DNA of 64,000 nucleotides, from assembly GCA_964035545.1 (NCBI GenBank), contig OZ037767.1, positions 29,218,628-29,282,627 of the forward strand, read 5' to 3'. The notes beneath the pieces are model-generated. The model was not told where the DNA came from. It was given only the letters and a program-made list of their open reading frames with translations, and made no database searches. This DNA comes from Bugula neritina. Its lineage: Eukaryota; Animalia; Bryozoa. This document shows positions 25,301-38,627 of this stretch, piece by piece. The position numbers and the translations under genes were made by a program. How positions within the stretch are numbered: the first letter of the stretch is position 1; each line of letters begins with the position of its first letter.

Positions 25301-28300
25301 TAAATTAAAAGGTCACGACCTACAAGCCAACACTGTCTGTTTTGGTGCACTAATGTTTGTAAAGAAATGCTTGGCAAGATTTGAAATTAGAGCTGACGGT
25401 CGTTAATTTAGCAGCCATGGTGGCAGTCGTATTATGAATAATATTATTATCTTTGCTTTGTATACCTGTAGGTACATTACTCAGAAAATATTTCTACACA
25501 TGAGTGTGCAGCAATAAAGTTTAGTGTTAGATCAAAGGAATTGTGTGGCAATATTATTAATAACTTGAAATTTGACTACACAACGCAAGGCCTGACTCAT
25601 CTAGGCTGGAATACGAGAGTTAGGAATGACAAGCACGATAGCATGCCATGCCTAACATTCTTATCCGTTACATAACATCATTATTATACTATACTAGGCA
25701 TCTTACGAAAAGTTCACCATGCAGCTATAAGAGTAGTATGATATTGGTATGCATAGCTGCAGGATTTGATGCGCATGAATTGAGAAACTAAAAATATTTA
25801 CTATAATTATATTTATTTAATACATTGCTTTGTAGCTTTATTTATGCCATTATTGTATGTTTGTTTCATTATGTTACTTAAAAAATTATGCAAAGTTTTA
25901 TATAATTAATGCTATAACAAAAAGCAAACTATAAAACAGGCCTACATATAAATTACATTTATCTTTCTTCATTCAGGCTGAAATTTTCTTCATAAAGCTA
26001 AATAATTAATGGCTTTTATGCTACTTTAATAACAAAGAACACGAATTTAATTAAAATCTGTAAGAAATGAGAATTATATTGCTTTTGTGATTTATAATAA
26101 TAGGAGCTCTGATAGCCTTCTGTCAATTTATGCATTGAACTATAATCTATCTTCGATCTAAGTCTGTTCAAAGGGAATAGATGCTAAAAGTTTAGAAAAG
26201 TTTTGCAATAAATTTCCTCTTATAGGATGATAGACTTTTATTCTCCCTCAGGTTATTTATCTTTTCTGGGAAATGTGCTCAACACAGACACATTTATACT
26301 AATGTGTTGATGTATCAACACCTTTTGTGTACATTCAGTTTCCAACAACAGAAAGTGTAAACCTTCATCTGTCCATGAGTCTTTGCATCACACTGCAGCA
26401 GCAGCAATAACAGCAGCAGCAGCAGCAGCAATAGTAAGCTCAAGTTTTAGTCTTGGCCAGACTTCACAATTAAGCTAATATAATTAAATTATGTTAAAGA
26501 ATGAAAAGGTGGGCCACACCCAGTCCTGTGTAACTTTAGAACATTTGGGGGCCGTCACAAGAGAGCTCAGGTTTTCCCAGTAAACTGTTGAACCCCAAAA
26601 AGTCTTGCCAGTGTATTAAATATCCTAAGATGTGAACGGTGTGACAATATCTCATTTTAACACCAGCTGTTGGTATTAAATGAGCTAAAATTAACAAAAG
26701 CCCCAAAAATGCACGCATTGAATACTATGCATAGCTAATATGTAAAAGATCACGTCTAAAGCTTGAATGTTGCCATGTTGCCTTGTTCACACAGTGACAC
26801 AGTTTGAATCTGCATTATATATAGCTGTCTACGTGCACCTAAGTGCTCTGTGTACTTTTATAGCAACACCCATTGACATTGAGCTGCCAATTTGATTGAT
26901 CATATACAATAACTTATATAACAATTTTTGTTGTAGTTGGGAGTAGATAACTTCTAAGGTTCAGTCCACAACTAGCGTTTAGGTTTCTGTAAATTAAGCT
27001 GTAATATTCCATTTGGAAACTGGTCATGGCCAAAGGTAGCAAAATAATTTTTGTTTTTTAATTTGTTTGAGAATTTTAATTGGCGCCATTGAGCAAACTA
27101 ACATAAAAAATTAAAATCAGTTGAATTGTTGCATATAATTCTAATAGTTTTTAGCTTTAATAAGCACTTTATAGCAAAAATGTTGAATATAATATTATTT
27201 ATATTGCACAGGGATTAACAATTGTGCGCTTGTAGTTGCATAAGTTTAAAAACTTTTTAACTTCTCTAGCACTTTTTTTAGTTTGTAATAATGCAGGTTT
27301 ATTTTACATGCTTGCCCAGTAAATGCTGAATTGGAAGATGAGGCTGTAATTATTTTACCATTACCAATACTAGTACCAATACTGGTGTCAGCACCATTAT
27401 ATATTTTTTACCATCTATTACCTATTTTGTAGTTTTCAGAACTTCATTCTCAGAAAAATTTACTAAAACGAAAGTGTGACTTTTAGCATCTGATTTCTAA
27501 AATTATGTACCAATTTTATTCCAATTTACACTTGCAATATATCATATTAGCTGTAGGTTCTAAGTATTAGTTTTTATAGTTTACAATCAAACCAACTTTT
27601 CTTGCTACTCAAGAATTTTGTCAAAAGCTGTTATTGTTAGCATCTGAATTTGTAACCTAGCAACTTCCACATCCTGTTCCTTATGAATATTTATAAAAGC
27701 TTAATTGCGGCCCTACCTGGGTCATAACGAACTTTTGGTTTGTCTCAACATGCAGCAAACATCCTGTTAATCTACAGATTTTCTAAAGAGTTCAAGAACT
27801 TCTTTTTTAGCTGTTTGCACAATCTAACCTGTTGAATTTAAAATACTTTAAAAAATACCAGCTGTTGGCTATTCAAATTTGCCCAGTGCTGTTTCTCAAA
27901 ACGATGTGATAGTCAAAAGCTCTGAGACACACTTCAAAACAATTGAAACTATGAAAAGTTTCAGTCTTTTAATATTTAAGCCTTATAAAATATTAAACCT
28001 CTAAGGTCTTCATGGCTACTGTCATTTTTCGGAATGAATCAAATAACTTAAGTACTTGGATTTCATAAGCAATTTGTTCATCTGCTTACCATTAGGTTAT
28101 TGACAAGTCTTCAAAGCTCAGAGCTTCTGGAACTCTGGATGTACTTTGGAGGTCAGGTTTAGAGCTTCTTCCTGACCTTATACTGCTTATTACTTCAAAG
28201 AGATTCTGACTTCTTTCTCAGCACAAACTAAAACATATATTTCTAATCAACTGCAGTTGTAAGTTATAAATTCTCTCATCACCTTCCCTTCCATTTCCTC

Positions 28301-29390
28301 AAATTCTAAAAAGACATGAACATGGCACTGATGAAATTTAAAATACTTTGTTACATTGTTTTGAGAGAAATTTACATACTAAAGTTGATTTAGACATTTT
28401 AGGTAAACACTTTTACTTCATGCACCTGACTGCTACTGTAAACTTTGCAAAGACCTGTCTGCTTCAATCATATAGTTAACAGGTCATGTGACTATGCTGA
28501 ATGCCAGCAACATGTATCTAGAAGTGAATATTGTAAGGGTATTACTATAGAATACCACAAGCTTTCAATTCCTGCATAATGAAAACTTAAAAGATTCAGT
28601 AAACCAACACCCTAGTGGAATATTTCTAATACGACATCTCCTTGAGAAAGGACAGTGTATGCAAATTTAGTAGAGATATAAGATCTTCGCAGATATAGTA
28701 AGTACAATTACATTTCTGTATCAGGATCTAGCGGATAAAAGGATGTTATCAAAAATTGACATGGGAAGCGAACAGCATGGTATATATTACCAAAAGAACT
28801 ATGCCTGAACCTTAGTGCATGCTGGCTATTGTTTTGGAAAACAATTGATCATGATTCATTCTCATTATTCAATTACAGCTCTGTATTTTATAATACTAAG
28901 TTGACATTTCAAAAAAGTGGGATTATTTAAAGAAACTTTCTCCGTGTAGAAATGTAATACATACAATATAATTATAACGAATTAGATTGTAGTGTACAAA
29001 AAACAGTAGATTAAACATTATAATTATATTGCTATGTTATCTTCATTACAAAGTGTTAAATACTTAATATACAATATTACGCACTTTTCTAGTTTAGCAT
29101 ATAACTGCTTGCACATCTTTGCAGTGTTCTGTACAGTATTCAAGAGTGCATAACTCCCAACAGTCAACTCTATACATTTTCCTCATTTATTGATACATAT
29201 TTTCAATATATATTTTTGAGTATCTAAATAAACATACAACATGTTTTAAAAATAATTACTTAATAATTACTTACTTATCTTTATCTGCAAAGTTACTTAA
29301 ACTGAAGGTAATCAAGTATTGCAAATTGTTCCCCTGTTTTAACCATTCACTCCCGTTCCCAAATGGATCCATCTTGCATCAAATATCCCC

Positions 29391-29750
<360 letters not shown>

Positions 29751-31619
29751 GGCCTTGTCTATATCATACACTCAGCTTCTACACTGCAGTTATGTTGACT
29801 AATTAAGCATCCATATATGCTCACTGCTGTGAACATCAACAAAATGAAAGTCACTCCCTAGCTTTCCTACAGTTATAACATCTCATTTATACTAATCTAA
29901 GATTTTACAAATTTCTTGCCGTTACAAAAGCTGTTTTTGAAAAACTGATAAACATATTTTTCTTAGAACACTGTTGCTCACTACTTTCATGACTGCTGAT
30001 ATCAGTGTGTATGGTCACATAGCCATCATTTCGGTTCAAATTCTGTTAACTGTTTACGCTGCAGATGATACAACAGCTCTAAAATATCAACATTAGACCA
30101 TCTAACTAACTTAATCAATTATTCACATCAGTTTAGTACAGTTCTTTTCTAACAGTCTCATTGTTTATGTAAGTTTTAAGTAGTCATTGATAAACTAAAT
30201 GTCTTTAGTTTATTGAGTACTCGGACTAAATTAAAGTAAATTGACTCCTTGATTAGTATTGGAAAACATAATGTTGTTTATATACTTATCCAGTGTGAAT
30301 GTAATATATAAAGTTACACATCTTGATTATTTCTGCTTATTGACCTAAGAAGCTTTTAATGACTTATGCTACGCTTGTTTAATCGCAAACACAAAGTTGT
30401 TGTTTTAGTAGAGCCGCCATTGGTGGCCAAAATCCAAGGAATTCAGCTCAACAGCACTTGGAACCAACTGCCTTTCTTCAACATCTATAAAATTATACAT
30501 AATTATTATTATGGTCAGTGAAAAACACAGAGTTCTATAATATTTTGTCAATCAATTGAAGAACTTTCTCTAAATTATGGTAAAGCTCAGCAAAGGAATA
30601 ATAACTCCAAGATTTTACTTGTGTTCTATAGTAAAGTTTGCATCAAACAAGACATTATTTAATATGTCTACTTATCTTACTATAAAATGTATCTACTTGT
30701 ATTATGTGTTTATTATAATTATTTCCAACTATTGCCATCAAAGCAGTTCAACTCTTGTCTAATATATTATTAAGTTCCCTAATAGAGTACCTAAAGCTAG
30801 CATTAGCAATTATTAGAGGAGTTGTCTTACATCGGTTTATTTATTTGCTCTATAATTCCATATAGTTTTTCAGGAACTCAGAATAGGGACAAAATATTTT
30901 TCTCACAGGATTAGAATACATTGGGTGTATTCCATTTCAGTGCTTTTACTTTTATCTGAATATAACTCACATCTCATTGGATGACAGAGCGTAATGTTAG
31001 CATGTAAGTATACTGTAAGTGTAGTGAATGTAGGTTACAGCTCTTCAATGATGTCTACTTGTATTTTTGCTGCTAATAATCAAAATACTATCTGGTGCTG
31101 CCTTGGCAGCTTGACATTATGTTATTCATCATATTTGATTCATGTCTCTTGATTGGGAGGGAGGACTTAACATACCAACTTCAAAGCTGTACACTAGTGT
31201 TAGAAAAAGTAGTACTTTCTGAAATTACTAAAATTACTTACATGATGATATATATGCATACAGATGCCTGCAGCAATATTGCTTTACCTGAATGTAGTTG
31301 CATAATTCAATTATATGAACTCAAACCTGTTGTTATTGTTGTACACTGTATTAGAGGATAAAACTTTCTACATGCAATGAAGTATTGTTCTAGCAATTGT
31401 TTGTCCGTATGCAAATAATGAACAAATGAAATGCATTATAAACAGTACATTAGGCTCATAATTGCATTAATTGTTGTAGTTTTTTGCACAGATCTTATTG
31501 AATGTGGCTAATTAGTTGTTAGTCTTTCAAATGAAACAGTAACTGATTATATATTTGCTGAAGCAGTCTGCGTACAACAGAGTATTGCTTTGGGGCAGCA
31601 CATTTACTTTGTCTGCATA

Positions 31620-31775
31620 CGACATCACAAGTTACTCTCACCTCTGACATCACAAGTTACTCTCACCTTCGACGTCTTCAGTTATTTTCACCTCTGACAT
31701 CACAAGTTGCTCTCACACCGCTGACATCATCACAAGTTGCTCTCACACCTCTGACATCACAGGTTACTCTCACCT
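31620..31775. repeat. 25-bp minisatellite (GACATCACAAGTTACTCTCACCTCT), ~6 copies
   Basis: Tandem imperfect units visible. Confidence 0.9.
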
Positions 31776-31921
31776 ACGATATTCACGCTGACTACAAGGA
31801 AAATTTAGATAAGGAATATTCCAGAAGCAAATTAACGTTCTCTCTAGTCTGTCTAGTTTTCTGAAAACTTAACAGGATTCAAAAGTTGGCTGAGTTATAG
31901 GAAGTTGTGTTGGCAAGTTTT

Positions 31922-32320
31922 ACTACATTCACTATACTACGATACTATTAAACTATGTATACTATGTATACTATTATACTATGTATACTATTATACCATG
32001 TCCTGTTATACTATGCACTATTAGACTATGTACTATATACTATCATACTATATACTACCATACTATGATACTATTATACTATATATGTATTATACTATAT
32101 ATCATGTACTATGTACTAATATATACTACGTACTACGATACTGTTATACTATTATGCTATGTACTATTATACTATGTACTATGTACTATTACACTATGTA
32201 CTACTATACTACGTACTAGCTATGTGCTATGTACTATGTACTGTGTACTATGTACTGCTGTTATACTGTGTGCTATATACTACATACTATAATGTGCTAT
32301 GTACTGTGCACTATGTACTA
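31922..32320. repeat. Degenerate (ACTAT/ACTATGT)n low-complexity array
   Basis: Directly visible; source of the Tyr-rich spurious ORFs at 31981-32292. Confidence 0.9.
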
Positions 32321-34194
32321 GTATAATATGTTGATAGACTACACATATGGCACTATATACATGCTATATTTTAAAATAGTCAGTTTATTATCATATCTTT
32401 AGTGAGATTTTTAGTCAAAGTGATGAGGTAGATGGTGAATGTGTATTTATATGTACTAACTCTACTAGATGCATGTTAAAATCAACTACAACTCTTTAGT
32501 AGCCAGTTTCACTCCATAATACTAGTATGAACTTAAAATACTAGTTGAAGAAATATATTATTTGAAAATACATTTATGCAACTACTTTTTTAATCTACAT
32601 CATTAGAAGCTGAAGATTTCTGTTAGGTAGTCTATAATTAACATACAGCTGACACCTGCTGACACCTGCAATCTATACTATTTCATATTCAAAAAATCAA
32701 TGAGTATATTTTATTTCCAACAGGAATTTAAGTACAATTTATGCCAGGTTCAGTTTCTTTGAATACTACATTATTAATATTGCTGCACATATGTAAGCCC
32801 CAAGGTAAAGCATATCACACTTTCCATGGTCTCAACACACTCTCCTATAAAATTGAGGTTTGTAGAATCACTGGGAAAAATTGAACAGTTGTGATTTTCT
32901 ACACCTTTTGTATCAAATCAAAGTATTTGCTATGAATTCTTCATTATCAAAAGGAATGTTATAGCTTCTAGTCTCAACACAAAAACATTGCACTTCTAGT
33001 TCCAAAAAGTAATTATCAAATAGTGAGAAATCTCGAACCCGCTGTTAGATTTGACCTCTAAACTCAATTATCTAGAAACTAATTGCAAATCACTAGTTAC
33101 TACCACCCTGTGCAGTATATGTATACGTATTTACACTAGGTTGTTAGTAACAAACATATTGCAGACACCTTTTTGTACAGCCTAGCAGTAAATAATACTG
33201 GTTTACTGGAGCCGCAAGAAAATTTACCAACTTCAAGTAACTGAATAACTGAATGAAGTTTACTAGTTCAAACAAATTATTTTTCTCTTGAGTGTGGAAG
33301 GCAAACAAATCAGTCTTTAAAATGGATAAATTATCAGGAAGGTGTTGACAGTAATAGATGTAAAAATAGATACGCATGCTGACTTAAGTAGATGCCATGT
33401 GATGTGTAATTGCGAGTTATAGTCGGTCTAATACGTGTATATACCTATTTAGTAACGCAATATCAGTAGATGACACTGTATAGCCTCAAATCAATACCTC
33501 ACATCTCATTAAACTAAGCTAGAACGTTGCCTTCATAATAATGCCTCAGTGAGTCGCCTTATTGACTTGCATTTCCAATAATGTGTTCTAGAGCATTATC
33601 ACTCACTGCTTCTCTTTAAATTTGAGATTTAGGTATAACCCCAGATACTGAGCATAAAGCTTTAAAGGTGAGTATTGTAAATAAATATAAAGTTTATGGC
33701 TTCAGTTTGGTTTGGACTTATGAAAAAGAGTGATCAATGAAGTGAATGGAGATACCATTGATTTTATTTGTCAGGCACGCTGGTGTGTAGAAATGCATTT
33801 TAGTAACGTAAGGCTTAGACCTGAAGAAAACTCGGTGCACACTAGATTCAAGATGTGGCAAACTGAATCATTTTGATTATGCAAAACTCAGTAACCCCGC
33901 GAGCATTATAGGCAATTTTTTGAATGAATGAAAAATTTATCAAGCTTCTTTTATATCTCTTCACTGGATTGTTTTCCTTACACGGAGCATAAAGGGTTGT
34001 GAATAGATGTACTGGTAATCAATCTCTCTCAGCAATTATATTGCTAAACTCAATCAATTGCTAGCAGTTAGAGGTAAGGAGTATAATTCACCTGCAAGGT
34101 AAGTGTGTACTAGATTCAACTTTTCTATTAACAAATAGAGAACTGATGATACCTGGTGTATGTTTTGTTCCAAGTCAAGTATAAGGCTATATTC

Positions 34195-34340
34195 TACCAA
34201 ATAGTGGTTTGTATTTTTACTTTAGATGAAGTTGCCACCACACTTTGCTGACACATTTTAAAGTATTCATTTTAAAAATATTCATGTATTGGAGTAAGGT
34301 TTCGATAGCCACCATATGTAACAACTATATGTATAGGAAA
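34195..34340 (+). repeat. Dispersed repeat fragment, copy 1 (second copy at ~37480-37640)
   Basis: TACCAAATAGTGGTTTgTATTTTTACTtTAGAtGAAGTTGCCACCACA... recurs in the same orientation 3.3 kb downstream. Confidence 0.75.
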
Positions 34341-36781
34341 GTGTGCAGTTCTTCTGATTCATTGAACAAATATTTTGTTTCAAAGACATATCGCAAAGCT
34401 AAATTTAGCACTAGTTGCTTATTTGGTGACTGATTTGTACATGTGTTCTAGACCTCAACGATTATGCTCGGCATTACAAGAGAATATTTTTTTATGCAGG
34501 CAAACTATATAAACACCGAAAGACATTAGACTTTTGTGTAATACCAACTATGCGTGGGCTAAACTGTGGTGCTTGTACTTGAACTGTTTAGAATATAATC
34601 TAACAGGCTGTAAGATTACATAAAGAATGAGTGAAATAGTACAGCCGGGTGCTGTTGTACATCACTGCACACATAAAGTAATTTATACTCTTTTTATTAC
34701 GTATGAAAAGCTTGTTTCTCCAAGCTAGAGGCCTTCTTTCTTGTATTTTGAGTTGCACTCTTCATATAGAACCTTAATGTCTGATAAAGCAATATATTAG
34801 TTCCAAATTTCACAATTTCTGCAATGTTTGTTCTATAGTTGATAGAGTTTATTGTAGCCATTTCTTCATCAAATGTGTAAGTATAGGTAGTACAGACCAA
34901 AAGTATCATTTATTTGTATTCAAAATGAACTCTTTTGTGTTTGTACGAAAAAAGAGTTTTGACAATTTTAAACTTGCTCGTTCACCTATTGAGCTGAATG
35001 TTGATAACTCAGTATATATCATACAATAGATACACTAAACAATTTTTTATTTATTTACACCATTGCACCCATAAATGTGCGTATTTATTATGTACATGGT
35101 ATACATAATATATACATATATATACATAATATACTGCATTAGAAGGTACACTGCATAATATAATATATTATTATACAACGCTGCAACAAATTCAAGCTTT
35201 AGCTCTTTTCACCCCCATTTCTAGCTATAGAAGGTCTCTTTCCAAGTTGAAGCTTGATTTCAACTGCATTTTACAGTTCTTCAATTGCAACAGGTACTTG
35301 CAGCAACGTTACTCAGGTTTCAAATTCCTTATAACGGAAGATTTTGTCTTTTTATATAATTCACAAATTTGAACACAAAATTTGTTTTGAACATAGGTTG
35401 TTGAAGCAGTTTGAAAAAATATTTTAGCCAGTTTAGTAAATTTATGTTTTTTTTATAGTAAATGTTTATTTTATTGAGTAAAAGTTTGGTAAAAATTTCC
35501 AAGCATAGAACTGTTAGTTGATAAGATGAGTAGAATGATATGCTAGAGATGCTTGTATCACTATGAACCTGGTTACGACAGATGACCTCGTCACATGACC
35601 TCTCCTCCCACGTGTATAAGCTACTCGCTTTGTAAAGATGTTAAGCATTGCATAGCAAAATCAATAGTGATTTTTCTACAAGAGACAAATCCTAGCATTA
35701 TTCTATGGCAGAATGATTTTCTGACAAAGTTTACTGTTGCCAGACTTTGTATGCTGACACCTGGTATAACAGTATGATGAAAAATGCTGATACCTAGTAA
35801 AAAAACATCTAACTGTACTGACACCTCATAAGAAAGTATTTTGCTATGCGGACAAAACCTAAATGACACAGCATTTCTCTACAGTGACACATGTCAACCC
35901 GTATTACACAATATTGCTGATATGTAAAGGAAACTAGAAGCAAAGCAAAGTAGTCCAGCTCTGCTGCTTGGACTGTTTGCAACTGCGTTAGGTCCAGGAT
36001 AAAACATGTTTGTTTATAACAGGCAGATATTAACAGCTTGTTTTTGACCACTTAACGAAGAGAAATGTATTGATACCATACCCTTTCTTTGAGCTATGTA
36101 GATTAAATCGTTATGAGTTCTTTTAGCACTAATGCATGCCTCATAAGACAACTCATTTCCTTTGGAACTGATGAGTATTGTTGTGCTCTAAAAATGTGTT
36201 GAAACATTTCCGGGGGTTTTACATTAAAGAGGTGAGCTTTTAAATCATCAAGTAAAGCGTAATTTATGCCACTGATTTGTTTAGTTTTCCCTTCTCAACA
36301 AAAAGTCAATAATTAGATTGATCGGAGCAACTAGTTAAGATTGACATCTTTAGATCTTCATATATCTCTGAGTAATATTGTCAACACCACAAAGGAGATT
36401 TCTTCAGCTAATAATAAGTGTTTTGTTATTATTAACATCCTCGAACAGTGAGGCATTAATATTCTGTCCTCCCATCCGCTTGCAGAATTTATTCCATCAA
36501 TATGTTGCTGTATATGTCATTCTTTATCAGAATGAGTAAAGCATACTCATCATATTGTTGTGGCGAACCTTTTCTCTGTTTCGTAAATACTTGTCTAAAA
36601 TAATACTTTTCAAGAGTTTCACAAACTTAGGAAAACTTTAAAGACTCATGTTTTTAATAAATATGAAAACTTTTTGAGTGCTTGTTCCAGGTCTTTACCC
36701 TACTATATAGTAATTAGCAATTGCTATTACATCTATGTATTAATATTATTATTATTTTGACAAACTAGCACCTTTATGCTG

Positions 36782-37140
36782 TTATTGAGACCACCAGTAC
36801 TGTTATAGTTGTAGTAAGACCACCAGCATTGTTACAGTAGTATTGAGACCACCAGTACTGTTACAGTAGTATTGAGACCACCAGTACTGCTACAGTGGTA
36901 TTGAGACCACCAGCAGTACTGTTATAGTGGTATTGAGACCACCAGTATTTTTAAAATGGTGTTGAGACCACCAGCTCTGTTACAGTGATATTGAGACCAC
37001 CAGTATTGTAACAGTTGTATTGAGACCACCAGTACTGTTACAGTGGTAATGAGACCACCAGCACTGTTACAATGGTACTGAGACCCACCAGTACTGTTAC
37101 AGTAGTAAGGAGACCACCAGTACTGTTACAGTGGTACTAA
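36782..37140. repeat. 29-bp minisatellite (TTGAGACCACCAGTACTGTTACAGTRGTA), ~12 copies
   Basis: Head-to-tail units with a 29-bp period and no unique spacers. Confidence 0.95.
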
Positions 37141-37479
37141 AACAACTTGCATTTTTTAACTTATTGATACAGATTTAACTGTATTGCTAGTGACTAGAGC
37201 CATTACAATGATATCATGGATTTTTAAGCAATGTTCGATATTTGAGCGAGCATTGCACTTTAGTGCATATATAAATAGGAAAGCAGCAGTTATTATCTAC
37301 AGCTAAGATGCATCTACATATTATATACTAGTATACAGTGTGATGAAAACTCAACAGAATTAATATTGGCTGTTGCAGCTGCTTGCAGATTGTCAGCTGT
37401 TGGTGCAATTAACTTAATCTTCCAGTGAAAATTGCGGTGCACGCTGAACTGAAATATTTTCAAGTATAATTTATTTTTT

Positions 37480-37640
37480 ACCAAATAGTGGTTTATATTT
37501 TTACTCTAGACGAAGTTGCCACCACATTTTGCCGACACGTGCACTTTAAACTATTTACTATATTTATTTCCAGAATTTTCATTTATTGGAGCAAAGTTTG
37601 CATTAGCTACCACATGTAAAAGCTGCATGTAGGAAAGTTT
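37480..37640 (+). repeat. Dispersed repeat fragment, copy 2
   Basis: Similar to 34195-34340; contains GTGCACTTTAA, which could be an element end. Confidence 0.7.
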
Positions 37641-38627
37641 ACAGTTTGCTGCGCTATAGGCCATATTTTACGTAATACTAACTTTATGAATTTTAATAAA
37701 TAAAATGTGAGACAGTTCAACGTCATAATAAATGGTGTAACTTTGTTGCAGGTAGTTGGATTCTATTTACACAAGCCAGGAAAGGTTTTGTCGACCATGT
37801 GCTGAGAGCAGAAAAAAAAGGTCTTCACATTTGGTATTTAAAGTTACAAACTACTCACTATTCCTATCAGTTATTACTTGGGGTAAAGTTTGCAGTCTAA
37901 TTTTTGCAGTGGCTACAGCATTTTTATTTTATAGAGTTTTTCTGAAATTGCTAATGTCCAATTTATAGGCAATTAAGTTCATATCATTTTATAGGTTCTG
38001 CATTGGATGACTTGAAATCTATAGTTCTAAAAGACAATAATATTAAGTTTCTCTTGTGAAAATTTTGCATCAGCATCAAAATATCAAATATCAAAATCTT
38101 GCAACTTTTTTTTAACCGTTACTTGTATCAGATACACTCATGAAGGTAGTGTATCTGTAGCAGTTTAATGTTTAAAAAAAAACTTTTTAAAAACTTTAAA
38201 AAATAAAGCGCTATTAAAATACAGCAGCTGAAATTACAAGTTGTTGTGGAAAAGTAGTTCCAGTAGTGATTGGTTCTGACAATGCACTAAGTCACACGAA
38301 CTTGGTTTTCATAACCTCAGTTACTGGCCCCGTGAGAACAAACTATTGTGGTATGAAAATTAAACTTGCTTTAAATGCCCTTGAGTCGAGGATCACCGAA
38401 GCATAACAGTTACACATTAATATAAACTTTTAGTTCAGGAGATGCTCGGATATTTGTGTTCAATTACTTTACACTCCGCCACTGGCACTTAATTAGGGTT
38501 TAAATAAGGGTTTAAAGTTATGCAAACGCTGAATAACTATCTGTGAAAATACATGCAAAGCTGATTGGAATTGTTGTGTTGGTTTTAGATGCCCACTTGA
38601 TCTCATGTCATCACCCACAGGCTAAGA

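Noticed and set aside
27300-28330. Possible decayed LINE fragment on the minus strand (KFLNSLENL..LHVE-like snippets)
   Set aside because: Multiple stops and frameshifts and no convincing endonuclease or RT motif by eye; needs a translated search.
31981-32292. Tyr/Cys-rich ORFs
   Set aside because: They derive from the (ACTAT)n low-complexity array.
36782-37140. 29-bp repeat array superficially like a CRISPR array
   Set aside because: Units are head-to-tail with no unique spacers, there are no cas genes, and the context is eukaryotic.
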